Below are positions 1 through 7,506 of a stretch of DNA of 20,788 nt, piece after piece. The stretch lies in NCBI GenBank assembly GCA_043754515.1, contig JAYUUO010000302.1, positions 1-20,788 of the forward strand. The letters are read 5' to 3'. Position 1 is the first letter of the stretch. Each line of letters starts with the position of its first letter. The position numbers and the translations under genes were made by a program. The DNA comes from Armatimonadota bacterium. GTDB lineage: Bacteria > Armatimonadota > Armatimonadia > Armatimonadales > Armatimonadaceae. A model generated the notes under the pieces. It ran no database searches. It saw only the letters and a program-made list of their open reading frames with translations, and was not told the origin of the DNA.

Positions 1-113
1 AAGAAGGAGAAACCACGATGCCGAAATGGGCGCGTTGCGCCCGTCACGAGTGGGGAAAATTAGACCGTTGTTTTGGGGATTTTACTACCGATGTTGACAC
101 TAAAGGCTTGCTT
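1..113 (+). promoter_or_regulatory. Putative CRISPR leader (may extend beyond the window start)
   Basis: Relatively AT-rich, apparently non-coding stretch directly before the first intact repeat. The truncated repeat is at the opposite end of the array and repeats end in GAAAC on +, consistent with the leader being on this side. Confidence 0.6.
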
Positions 114-593
114 CCTCTAATCGAACCAGTGTGGTATGGAAACAACCCTTAGCGACGATATTGCTTGTGATGCCGTTCATCCCTCTAATCGAACCAGTGT
201 GGTATGGAAACTTGAGAAATCCACGCAGAAACAAACGGATACAGTAGACCCTCTAATCGAACCAGTGTGGTATGGAAACGTTGATTGCGTTATATGCCAG
301 TCGGCGGGATATGTGCCTCTAATCGAACCAGTGTGGTATGGAAACAGTCATCACCCGCCCCTCCACTTTTGCCGCCCATATGCCTCTAATCGAACCAGTG
401 TGGTATGGAAACCGCGGCAGGAATTGGGGCGTGTTCGCAGGATCTACCACCCTCTAATCGAACCAGTGTGGTATGGAAACCACAATTCGGTAATAACCTG
501 GTGTCCACCCCGACCCCGCCCTCTAATCGAACCAGTGTGGTATGGAAACTACCGCGATTATCCGTGAAGGGATTACGTGACCTGCGCCTCTAA
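114..593 (+). CRISPR. CRISPR array, repeat CCTCTAATCGAACCAGTGTGGTATGGAAAC (30 bp), 7 full repeats + truncated 8th, 7 spacers
   Basis: Identical repeats at 114-143, 182-211, 250-279, 316-345, 383-412, 451-480 and 520-549; 7-nt stump CCTCTAA at 587-593. Unique spacers of 38, 38, 36, 37, 38, 39 and 37 nt. Repeat length, 3' GAAAC end and weak ACCA-gtg-TGGT palindrome resemble class 1 (I-B/III-like, Cas6-processed) repeats; subtype is an inference. Confidence 0.98.
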
Positions 594-859
594 GTGACTA
601 ACTGCCTGGCCACCACACATTGCGGCCCTCCTTGCGGCACGACGGTGGTAGGCCTATTCGCCTTGGGGGGCGCGGCATCCCCACCGCCGAGCAAGGGTGG
701 CTTCCGCTCCTCTCACGCCGCTTATCGTCAGTTGCCTCGCCTATGTGCCCGCCGTGAATCTGTTCCGGGGCACCGGATACGAGGTCGTTGGCGCGGATGA
801 AGTGGGGTTGGTGATCCTGTCACAGGCAGGGTTACCAGTAGTCGAAGGAACAAAAGATC

Positions 860-1666
860 ATGGCAGATTATTTCCCCGGCAGGGTGTGTAGGATCGGACT
901 CGCTACATTGGTTCTCGTCGCGGCCGTGATTGCCGACGTCGGGATCGCCGTCGCGCAAGGCGACGCTGGGCACTACTGGCCGCAAGGCGGCGGGGACGGC
1001 GCGCTCGACTGGGCGCGAGGCGGTGGGACCGTGGTGCCCCCTAATGTCCTGAGTAGTGGTCTGCTGAACGACGGCGAGACGGTAATCACTCTCGAGAGAC
1101 GCGCGGTCGAGCTGACGAAGGAGATGCGGCGGGAGTTTGCAAAACAGGCCAAGGTCAAAGAGTCGGAGCTAAATTACTCACAAGCCGAACTGAGACTCGT
1201 CGCGACGATAGGCGGCAAAAGTACCACTCTTCGGAGCGACATATTTGTCCACAAGACAGGTGACGAATCACTCAACGTCCCGATCCAGGGTTTTCATTTT
1301 CTTGGCGCGGCCATGATAACGGACCCGCACCCCGGCGATCCTTTGTTGCTGGTGCTAACGAGTGACGGGGGTGTGAAAGCAACGGTGTACAAGCTTGATC
1401 GGCAAGGTAGCGTCGTCCAGGAGTCGGAAGCCTGTTTGGAGATCAATCAGTGGTCGAGCACCGGTGACATCGCGTCGGGGGCGACTATCGAGGAAACAGC
1501 AGGGGGGATCCTGGTCCGTCTAAAGCATAGAGTCATCATTGACAATGTCGGGGGGAGGAATTTCCCCGATAAGTTCCGGTACACGCAGTACGTCGCGAAG
1601 GTACAGGTGTACGGTGCAATCTCCTGGAAAGCGGACCCGAAGAACTACAAGAAGATTAACTGGTAG
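860..1666 (+). CDS. Hypothetical secreted protein (268 aa)
   Basis: ATG preceded by AAGGA; N-terminal basic plus hydrophobic segment (RVCRIGLATLVLVAAVIADVGIAVAQ) with an AxA site; no family recognised; visibly less GC-rich than neighbouring genes. Confidence 0.7.
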   Translation: MADYFPGRVCRIGLATLVLVAAVIADVGIAVAQGDAGHYWPQGGGDGALDWARGGGTVVPPNVLSSGLLNDGETVITLERRAVELTKEMRREFAKQAKVKESELNYSQAELRLVATIGGKSTTLRSDIFVHKTGDESLNVPIQGFHFLGAAMITDPHPGDPLLLVLTSDGGVKATVYKLDRQGSVVQESEACLEINQWSSTGDIASGATIEETAGGILVRLKHRVIIDNVGGRNFPDKFRYTQYVAKVQVYGAISWKADPKNYKKINW

Positions 1667-2020
1667 CCGATACATAGCATGCACTCTAAATTTTTTTCTT
1701 TGACTGGCGTTGCGCGGCGGTCATTCGCGAGGCTTCTTACTTGCGCCATAGCACCGCCCCGCGCGAAACGGAACCAGTTCGCCTCCCGTATGGGTAGTGG
1801 GGTACCGCAAAATCTCGTTCGCGCACGGCCCGGTGTTCATCCGAGGCGACCATCGTCCGGGGCGGTGCGCGGGCTATTACAGAAGATAGAAGCGGGAGAC
1901 GCGGCGGCTCGGCTGACCCGAACGGCGAACATATCCATCGGCACGCGCACCGGGATGCGGAGCGGCTCGCGGGCGACCATTGGTCGGTTCCGGCGCGATG
2001 CGAATCCCCTGGAGGAAACC

Positions 2021-2962
2021 ATGAAACGTCATATCATTGCTCTTACCACGCTTTGCGCGCTCGCTACCGGCGGTGCCGTCATCCACGCCCAACAGACGAC
2101 CGGGAAGGACGCCGCGAATAAGACCCATCTCGTCAACACGGCCGCGGAACTGATGACCGGAAAACAACTGCCGAGCGGCAACAGCTTCCTGACTCTTATG
2201 CGCTCGGTAATCATTACTTCGGAAGACTCGACGCTAACCACCGAAAAGGCGACCTACAACCAGGATACGCAGATCGCGAACGCCCCGACGCGGCTCCGGC
2301 TTGAGGATAAACAGAACACGCTGACCGCCGACAAAGGGATCGCTTACTACGGCACGCGGGACGCGGACTTCACCGGCAATGTCGTGATCAACGCCCGACC
2401 GAAGCCGGGTGACGGTGCCGGTGCCCCCAAAGGCTCGCTCCGCCGTAACTTCAAGGACCCCGTCACTATCAACTGCGGGCACGTGCGCTACAACTGGCGG
2501 GCGAAGAAGGCGGTGTTGACCGAGAACCTGGTGGTCAATCAGGCGAACCGGACATTGACGGGGGACCGTGGTCTCTACGACGGTGTCGCGGAGACAGTGA
2601 CGCTAGTCGGTCACATCAAAGAGACCCGCTCGACGGGTGAGAGCCTCACCGTTCCCGGTGCTAAAGCGCGCCTCGTGGCCTCCTTCAAAGCGGGCGCGGA
2701 AGCGATCCAGATAACCAGCGACCCCGACCTGAAGAAGATTCACGGCGTCATCCCCGTGCGCGAGAAGGGCGACGGCGAGGTCGAGATGATAGACACTCCA
2801 GACGCGCCCGCTACGACGCCCCCCGCGACCGTGCCGACACCCCCGGTTGGTAACGGTGCGCCGAAAGTACCGGGTGGCGCACCGAAAGTACCCGGCGGCG
2901 CGCCCTTGCCCGTCGCACCGCCCGTGTTAGTGCCCGTGCCGCCGACCGAAAGCCCGCGATGA
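2021..2962 (+). CDS. LptA/OstA-like beta-jellyroll exported protein with Pro-rich tail (313 aa)
   Basis: GGAGG at 2011-2015 before ATG 2021, so the ORF-track extension to 1679 is rejected. Signal peptide MKRHIIALTTLCALATGGAVIHA; repeated OstA-type strands (LTTEKATYN, LTADKGIAY, ADFTGNVVI, LTGDRGLYDG..TVTLVGHI). Confidence 0.8.
   Translation: MKRHIIALTTLCALATGGAVIHAQQTTGKDAANKTHLVNTAAELMTGKQLPSGNSFLTLMRSVIITSEDSTLTTEKATYNQDTQIANAPTRLRLEDKQNTLTADKGIAYYGTRDADFTGNVVINARPKPGDGAGAPKGSLRRNFKDPVTINCGHVRYNWRAKKAVLTENLVVNQANRTLTGDRGLYDGVAETVTLVGHIKETRSTGESLTVPGAKARLVASFKAGAEAIQITSDPDLKKIHGVIPVREKGDGEVEMIDTPDAPATTPPATVPTPPVGNGAPKVPGGAPKVPGGAPLPVAPPVLVPVPPTESPR
2855..2905 (+). repeat. 21-bp coding tandem repeat (GAPKVPG x2 + GAP)
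   Basis: ggtgcgccgaaagtaccgggt / ggcgcaccgaaagtacccggc / ggcgcgccc inside the Pro-rich tail of the LptA-like protein. Confidence 0.85.
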
Positions 2963-4143
2963 CCAACGTCCCGACGATTCCCGAGCGCGCCCGTCGGCAG
3001 GGCGATCCGTCGCCGACCGTTGTCCTGCGGGGCAACACCGGGAGCGGGTCGCGCACCGTATTCGCCCGCGCCGCGAAACTGACGCAGGACGCGAAAACCG
3101 GGCGTTCCACCCTCTCCGCCGACCTGCTCGCCGTCGCGGCACGGCACGCCAAGCGCGAGGAGCCGGTCGAGATCGTGCTGGTCACCGCCGACGCGCATCA
3201 CTCGCTGTTGATGCCGCTCCCCGAAGGGCTGGTGCTCGCCGGGGTCGTCTCGGAGTGGGAGACTGACCCGCGATTTTCGCTACCGGACGGTCTGACCGTT
3301 GTCGCGGGGGTGAGCGGGGCGCGAGACGCGGTTCCCGAAGGCGAGTGGCTTATCGTTGACCCGGAGCGGCTACGTGTCACCGTGGCACCGGACGCCGGCG
3401 CGGTCGGTAGGCTCCAGCACCGGCACCGTCCGCGCTACCGGCTCGGCGGCGCACAGGAGATGGCGCGGACTCTGAATGGCACGGAAGTAGCGGTCTGGTC
3501 GCGGATATTCACGCGGGCGGACCTGTGGGACGCGGCGGAGGGCGGCGCGGACGGCTATGTGATAGACGGGCCGGGTGACTTTCTTCCCTGGGACGTACCC
3601 GAGTACGAGGAGGACGGAGCGGCGTTCCTACGTCTGTTGCCGGTCGCCGAAGTGAGCGGCGGCGGGGACATCGCCCTGCTCGCGCCGCTAGACGCGGTAG
3701 ATCTCGCCTCGCTGGCGCGGCTGGCCGCGCTGTGTCGCCTGCGCCTCCTAATCGCGCCCGAATCGGTCACCCTTTCGCTCGGGGAGCTGCGGGCGGAACT
3801 GTCCGAGGTCGCGGACGCGCAGATGGACGCGGGGCGTCTCGCCGCCGTGCCCCGCTTCGCCGCCCTGCTGTCGGACGCGCCCCGCGCCGAAGCCGCGACC
3901 GACCCGGACGAGTGGCGCGGGTTCGACGAGACGATGTTGCTACCGTTCGACGCCACGGATCTGACAAGCCTGACGCTGCCCGATGTGCTGTCCGCGCCGC
4001 CGATGTGGGCGTTCGTGAACACGGCGGACGCGGACGAGTTCGCGGACGCTGTATCCACCGCCGTGTTCGCCGGACTACGCGGGATCGTCGTGCCACCCGA
4101 GCGCGTCGCCCTCGCTAAAGAACTGATCGCCTGGGAAGTTTAA
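2959..4143 (+). CDS. Degenerate PTS enzyme I (PtsI)-like protein, apparently lacking the phospho-His motif
   Basis: Collinear resemblance to PtsI: VLRGNTGSG (N-terminal strand), IVLVT...LAGVVSE...VVAGVSGARDAVPEGEWLIVDP (swivel domain), ARTLNGTEVAVWSRI...AAEGGADG (barrel start), DATDLTSLTL (cf. GTNDLTQYTL), VVPPERVALAKELI (C-terminus). ATGA overlap with the upstream stop. Confidence 0.7.
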   Translation: MTNVPTIPERARRQGDPSPTVVLRGNTGSGSRTVFARAAKLTQDAKTGRSTLSADLLAVAARHAKREEPVEIVLVTADAHHSLLMPLPEGLVLAGVVSEWETDPRFSLPDGLTVVAGVSGARDAVPEGEWLIVDPERLRVTVAPDAGAVGRLQHRHRPRYRLGGAQEMARTLNGTEVAVWSRIFTRADLWDAAEGGADGYVIDGPGDFLPWDVPEYEEDGAAFLRLLPVAEVSGGGDIALLAPLDAVDLASLARLAALCRLRLLIAPESVTLSLGELRAELSEVADAQMDAGRLAAVPRFAALLSDAPRAEAATDPDEWRGFDETMLLPFDATDLTSLTLPDVLSAPPMWAFVNTADADEFADAVSTAVFAGLRGIVVPPERVALAKELIAWEV

Positions 4144-4199
4144 GGGAGAGGGTGACGTAGGACGAAAGAAAACGCCCCCCTCGTGCCGAATATAAGAGG

Positions 4200-5498
4200 G
4201 TGTCAAACTCCTCTAACGTGTCCTCGCCCCCCGTTTGCGCCCACCTCCGGTGGCAGATCGTGGGGCTGGCCGCTTTTCTGCTCGGCACCGCGTTCGCGTT
4301 CGCGTTCGCGAACCCCCGGATGAGCAACGCATACGATTACCAGTTCCGGATCGCCCGCGCTTTATTACACGGCGAGTTGGGGCTACACCAGGGGTTTCCC
4401 TGGCTGAACGAAATGGTGCCGTTCGAGGGCCGACTCTATTCCGTGTTCCCCTTCGGTAGCATATTATGCCACGTCCCGGTCGCGCTGATGCAGCACGCGC
4501 GCGGCAACCCGGAATACCCAGCGCACGCGGTCGTCGCGCTAACGGGGATGTTTATCGCGCTGTTCGCGCTGGCCCTTTCGGACCGGTATAAGGACGGCGC
4601 GGCGCGGCGGGCACTCCTGGTCATTTGGCTCCTCTGGGGCACCTGGCTGATGCCGAATATGGTGTTCGGGAGCGCGTGGCAGGTCGCGCTGGGGCTAGCG
4701 GTTCTCGGCGAGTTTGGCGCGTTGACCTTCGTCCTGACCTGGCGTAATCCGTTTCTGGCCGGGTTCTGCTTCGCCATCGCGTTCGGCAACCGCACCGAAC
4801 TGCTACTGACGGCCCCGCTGTATATCTACCTTCTCACGCGCCGCGACCCGTGGCGCGACGGGGAAACGGCACCTAGTGGCGGGAACAATGGGGAGACGGA
4901 CTGGCGGCGACGCCTGTTACGCGACTGGCGTTCCGTGGCGTGGTTCTGCGTGTGTCCGTTCCTTCTCGGCGTCGCGACGCTTTGGTACAACGCCGCCCGT
5001 TTTCACAACCCGCTCGATTTCGGCTACGCGCGCATTCCCGGAGTGCTGGACGAATATTGGTATCAGCCGGGCATTTTTTCGTGGCAAGCGATCGCTATGA
5101 ATGTGCGGGTCATGCTTTGCGACTCGGCGTGGAACGCGAGTACCTCCTGGCCCTACATCCTGCCGACGCTCAGAGGCGGCTCGATCCTGTCCATCTGCCC
5201 GTTCCTGCTCTACCTCGTCCGCCCCGGCCAGCGCGACATGGTGCTACGCCGTGTCTGCTGGCTCGCCATCGCGCTACTGCTGGCACCGGTACTGCCACAC
5301 GGCAACTCGGGTGGAATGCAGTTCGCGTACCGGTACGCACTGCCGCTCCTGCCGTGGATCTGGCTACTGCTACTCGACCGGCGCGGGGGTAGGATAACGG
5401 CGTGGGAGGGCGTGCTCTTCGCTGTCTGTCTGTTCGCGAACGGCTGGGCGGTTTACGTCTGGTTCTGGACGCCCCCAGGTTCGCCCGGCGCGATCTGA
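4200..5498 (+). CDS. Polytopic membrane protein, GT-C (lipid-linked sugar) glycosyltransferase-like
   Basis: Many hydrophobic segments; first TM followed by an acidic loop (NAYDYQF), YSVFPFG, WYNAARFHNPLDFGY and GGMQFAYRYALPLLP motifs resembling GT-C-like membrane proteins. Start codon (GTG) uncertain. Confidence 0.6.
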   Translation: MSNSSNVSSPPVCAHLRWQIVGLAAFLLGTAFAFAFANPRMSNAYDYQFRIARALLHGELGLHQGFPWLNEMVPFEGRLYSVFPFGSILCHVPVALMQHARGNPEYPAHAVVALTGMFIALFALALSDRYKDGAARRALLVIWLLWGTWLMPNMVFGSAWQVALGLAVLGEFGALTFVLTWRNPFLAGFCFAIAFGNRTELLLTAPLYIYLLTRRDPWRDGETAPSGGNNGETDWRRRLLRDWRSVAWFCVCPFLLGVATLWYNAARFHNPLDFGYARIPGVLDEYWYQPGIFSWQAIAMNVRVMLCDSAWNASTSWPYILPTLRGGSILSICPFLLYLVRPGQRDMVLRRVCWLAIALLLAPVLPHGNSGGMQFAYRYALPLLPWIWLLLLDRRGGRITAWEGVLFAVCLFANGWAVYVWFWTPPGSPGAI

Positions 5499-5518
5499 TA
5501 GAAACATACCGGGGGGGT

Positions 5519-5545
5519 GTTTAACGGCCGATATGGGCTGGGTAA
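5519..5545 (+). promoter_or_regulatory. SigB/SigF-like general stress promoter (GTTTAA-N15-GGGTAA)
   Basis: GTTTAA at 5519-5524 and GGGTAA at 5540-5545, 48 nt before the DUF2945 ATG; fits the GTTT-N15-17-GGGTA pattern of SigB/SigF-type promoters. Confidence 0.5.
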
Positions 5546-5593
5546 CGTCTACGGGAGAAGGGTGGCGACACGCCACCGGGGAGAGCGACACGA

Positions 5594-5812
5594 ATGGCAA
5601 CCACGAGACAGGATGATTTCAAAGAGGGCGACGCTGTCGCATGGGATGCATCCCAGGGTGAGGTGCGGGGCACGGTGGTCAAGAGACTGACCGAGCCGAT
5701 CGCAATCAAGGGGCATCAGGTCAAGGCGTCCGAAGAAAACCCGGAGTACCTTGTCCGATCGGATAAGACGGGCGCGGAGGCGGCCCACAAGCCGGAGGAG
5801 TTGCGCAAGTAA
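5594..5812 (+). CDS. DUF2945 / HVA1 Tudor-like small protein (72 aa)
   Basis: FKEGDAVAW..SQGEVRGTVVKRLT....IKGHQVKASEENPEYLVRSDKTGAEAAHKPEEL is the characteristic family pattern; GGGGAG RBS upstream. Confidence 0.9.
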   Translation: MATTRQDDFKEGDAVAWDASQGEVRGTVVKRLTEPIAIKGHQVKASEENPEYLVRSDKTGAEAAHKPEELRK

Positions 5813-6045
5813 CGACCGCGCCGCGCGGGCAATACATGTCGCTTTGGAATGTCAAAGTCTGGTAGGGTTGATACGGAACCACCGAATAAAAGCCGCTCCT
5901 TCGCGACCAGTGGCGGGTGACCGGTGGGACGCGCATATCCCGAAATGCCCCCGACCGGGGTCAAGTTCGTCATGCAGGCAAGTCAGGCGCGGATTCTCGC
6001 ATATGGCTGACCTTACCCTTATGACCAACTTGCCCCGTTGATGCC

Positions 6046-7299
6046 CTACCGGATCGTCGCCAAGGGCGTGGCGGCGACCTTGGCTTGGGGTTGCCCCCCG
6101 GCTTCCTTTTCCTTCATTAAAGCTAGCACCTCGGGCGGCGTTTTCGTCAGGCCACGCCACTGCGCCGCCGCCTCGTTTACCGGCTCGTAGGAGGGTAGTT
6201 CCGCGGCTATGAACGACTCCTGGAAGCCCTGGGTCGCGACCTTCTTGAGTTCCGTATTCAGAGATACGCCGGGAATCGGGCTAGCCGTTCGGAACGCCGT
6301 TTGTACTCCCGCCTCCATCGCGGATCGCTCGCCAAGGAACTGCATAAAGAGTTTCGCTCCTTTTTTCTGCTCCGGCGAGAGCCAGGGGGCACCGGTGAAA
6401 GCAACGATGCTCATGTCGGTGGTCATCGTGGGGTTGGGATAGATAACCACGAAGTCCGGGTTTTTAATGGCTTCTTTCAGCGCGTTCGACTCGTATGTGT
6501 AGATGAAGTCATATCTCGACGGGTCGGCGACGAACGATTTAACGAGGTCGCTCGATCCTTTAAACGAAGCCTCGTCATAGACATACGACGTGTTCAGATC
6601 CTTAATGTAGTCTTTGAACGGCTTCGACACGACCACTTTGTCCGTGCTACCGAGATCCGGGTGCTTCCCCGAGAAGTCGGTGATGATCATCGAAAGCATC
6701 GTAAATCCCGATCCGGCATTGATCGGGTCGGCGTACGAGTACTTGAGCTTCCCCCACGGGCAGACCGTTTTTCCCGTGGACAGGGCACGCAGGTTGTCGA
6801 GTGTCTTGCCAGGAACCGCGAGTTGCTGTCGCAGGAAGGTTGCTTTCTCCCTCGTGGTCAGGAACACCATCGGAGTTTTGAGGTAGATCTTGTATTCTTC
6901 GGGTCTGCCGACATCGAACAGGTCGGCATGCTTCTGGATCTTCCAGTAATTACCGAGCGCGCCGATCCACTGGGTGGAGGAAGGACCCCACAGCGCGACT
7001 TTCTTTTTGCCATTGATGATGTCCTGGTACGAGTCGCGGGTCTCTCCATACTCGATAACTACTCTCACCCCTTGGTTAGCGTACTCTTTGTTGAATATTT
7101 CCGACTGTTGATCGAGCCAGTCCTTTTTCGTCTGGGAAGTGGCGAACAAAACCTCGCCGCTAATATCCTTCGTCGGATCAACCTGACTGATAATCTTGTC
7201 CTCACCGAGCTTGTGGGATATCGCCCACGCGATAGCGACGACGACCGCGACCAGTCCTATGATGGTGACGATGCCGAGTGGTTTGACTCTGAGTTCCAT
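6046..7299 (-). CDS. Membrane-anchored extracellular solute-binding protein (type II PBP fold, SBP_bac_11-like)
   Basis: N-terminal TM anchor; ATSQTKKDWL, LWGPSSTQW, TPMVF, YADPINAGSG, YTYESNAL, VIYPNPT and QKKGAKLFMQFL motifs resemble SBP domains often associated with vWA proteins. No permease or ATPase genes adjacent. Confidence 0.8.
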   Translation of the reverse strand: MELRVKPLGIVTIIGLVAVVVAIAWAISHKLGEDKIISQVDPTKDISGEVLFATSQTKKDWLDQQSEIFNKEYANQGVRVVIEYGETRDSYQDIINGKKKVALWGPSSTQWIGALGNYWKIQKHADLFDVGRPEEYKIYLKTPMVFLTTREKATFLRQQLAVPGKTLDNLRALSTGKTVCPWGKLKYSYADPINAGSGFTMLSMIITDFSGKHPDLGSTDKVVVSKPFKDYIKDLNTSYVYDEASFKGSSDLVKSFVADPSRYDFIYTYESNALKEAIKNPDFVVIYPNPTMTTDMSIVAFTGAPWLSPEQKKGAKLFMQFLGERSAMEAGVQTAFRTASPIPGVSLNTELKKVATQGFQESFIAAELPSYEPVNEAAAQWRGLTKTPPEVLALMKEKEAGGQPQAKVAATPLATIR

Positions 7300-7375
7300 A
7301 ATGAATTGCCTGTTTCCGTGAGTGATGAGCGAACATCACTATCATTCGGTGCTTGAGTCGCATTCCGACATAGTC

Positions 7376-7419
7376 AGCATACCGGACTAAGTTTAACTGT
7401 TCATTAAGCGAAGGTTAAG
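7376..7419 (-). promoter_or_regulatory. Three 11-bp-phased TTAA direct repeats (pho-box/OmpR-family-like) plus -10 TATGCT for the SBP gene
   Basis: Minus strand reads CTTAACCTtcg CTTAATGAaca GTTAAACTtag; TTAA cores at 7415-7418, 7404-7407 and 7393-7396; TATGCT at 7381-7376; no evident -35. Confidence 0.55.
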
Positions 7420-7430
7420 AGAGTCTTGCC

Positions 7431-7446
7431 TGGCACGAAAATTGCG
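7431..7446 (+). promoter_or_regulatory. sigma54 (-24/-12) site pointing antisense into the ParB-like gene
   Basis: TGGCACG-AAAA-TTGCG; GG at 7432 and GC at 7444, the exact consensus spacing. Confidence 0.6.
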
Positions 7447-7482
7447 AAAAAAAACACGGCACCTTTTCCGGTAGTGCCGTGT
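7447..7482 (-). terminator. Intrinsic terminator of the ParB-like gene
   Basis: 9-bp stem ACACGGCAC (7454-7462) / GTGCCGTGT (7474-7482) followed on minus by a T run (A8 at 7447-7454 on +); the stem starts 24 nt after the stop codon. Confidence 0.85.
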
Positions 7483-7506
7483 ACTTGTCACAATCTCGTC
7501 ATTCTT

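Noticed and set aside
136..593. ORFs 136-567 and 405-593 with repeated PLIEPVWYGN / SNRTSVVWK peptides
   Set aside because: They are translations of the CRISPR repeats, not genes.
594..735. Possible integron attC site (TAAC...GTT with internal pairing)
   Set aside because: R and L box complementarity is poor and no integrase or cassette array is visible.
1211..1222. 12-nt match (GGCGGCAAAAGT) between the reverse complement of spacer 4 and the 860-1666 gene
   Set aside because: Flanks do not match, and a 12-mer hit among 7 spacers in 20 kb is expected by chance, so this is not evidence of self-targeting.
1730..1745. sigma54-like AGGCTTCTTACTTGCG
   Set aside because: Spacing is right but the -24 element lacks the CAC/CAT core; too weak to call.
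1771..1793. GAACCAGT...GTATGG resembling the missing part of the CRISPR repeat
   Set aside because: Two short matches with wrong spacing; compatible with chance.
1679..2020. N-terminal extension of the LptA-like ORF
   Set aside because: The strong RBS and signal peptide begin at ATG 2021; the upstream translation is Arg-rich and not protein-like.
5813..6045. 233-nt gap between convergent genes as a possible sRNA
   Set aside because: No recognisable promoter, terminator or RNA family motif.
6301..7356. 351-aa plus-strand ORF, and similar long antisense ORFs over the ParB-like gene, parA, secA and the prepilin gene
   Set aside because: Shadow frames opposite well-supported genes, common in GC-rich DNA, with no motifs.
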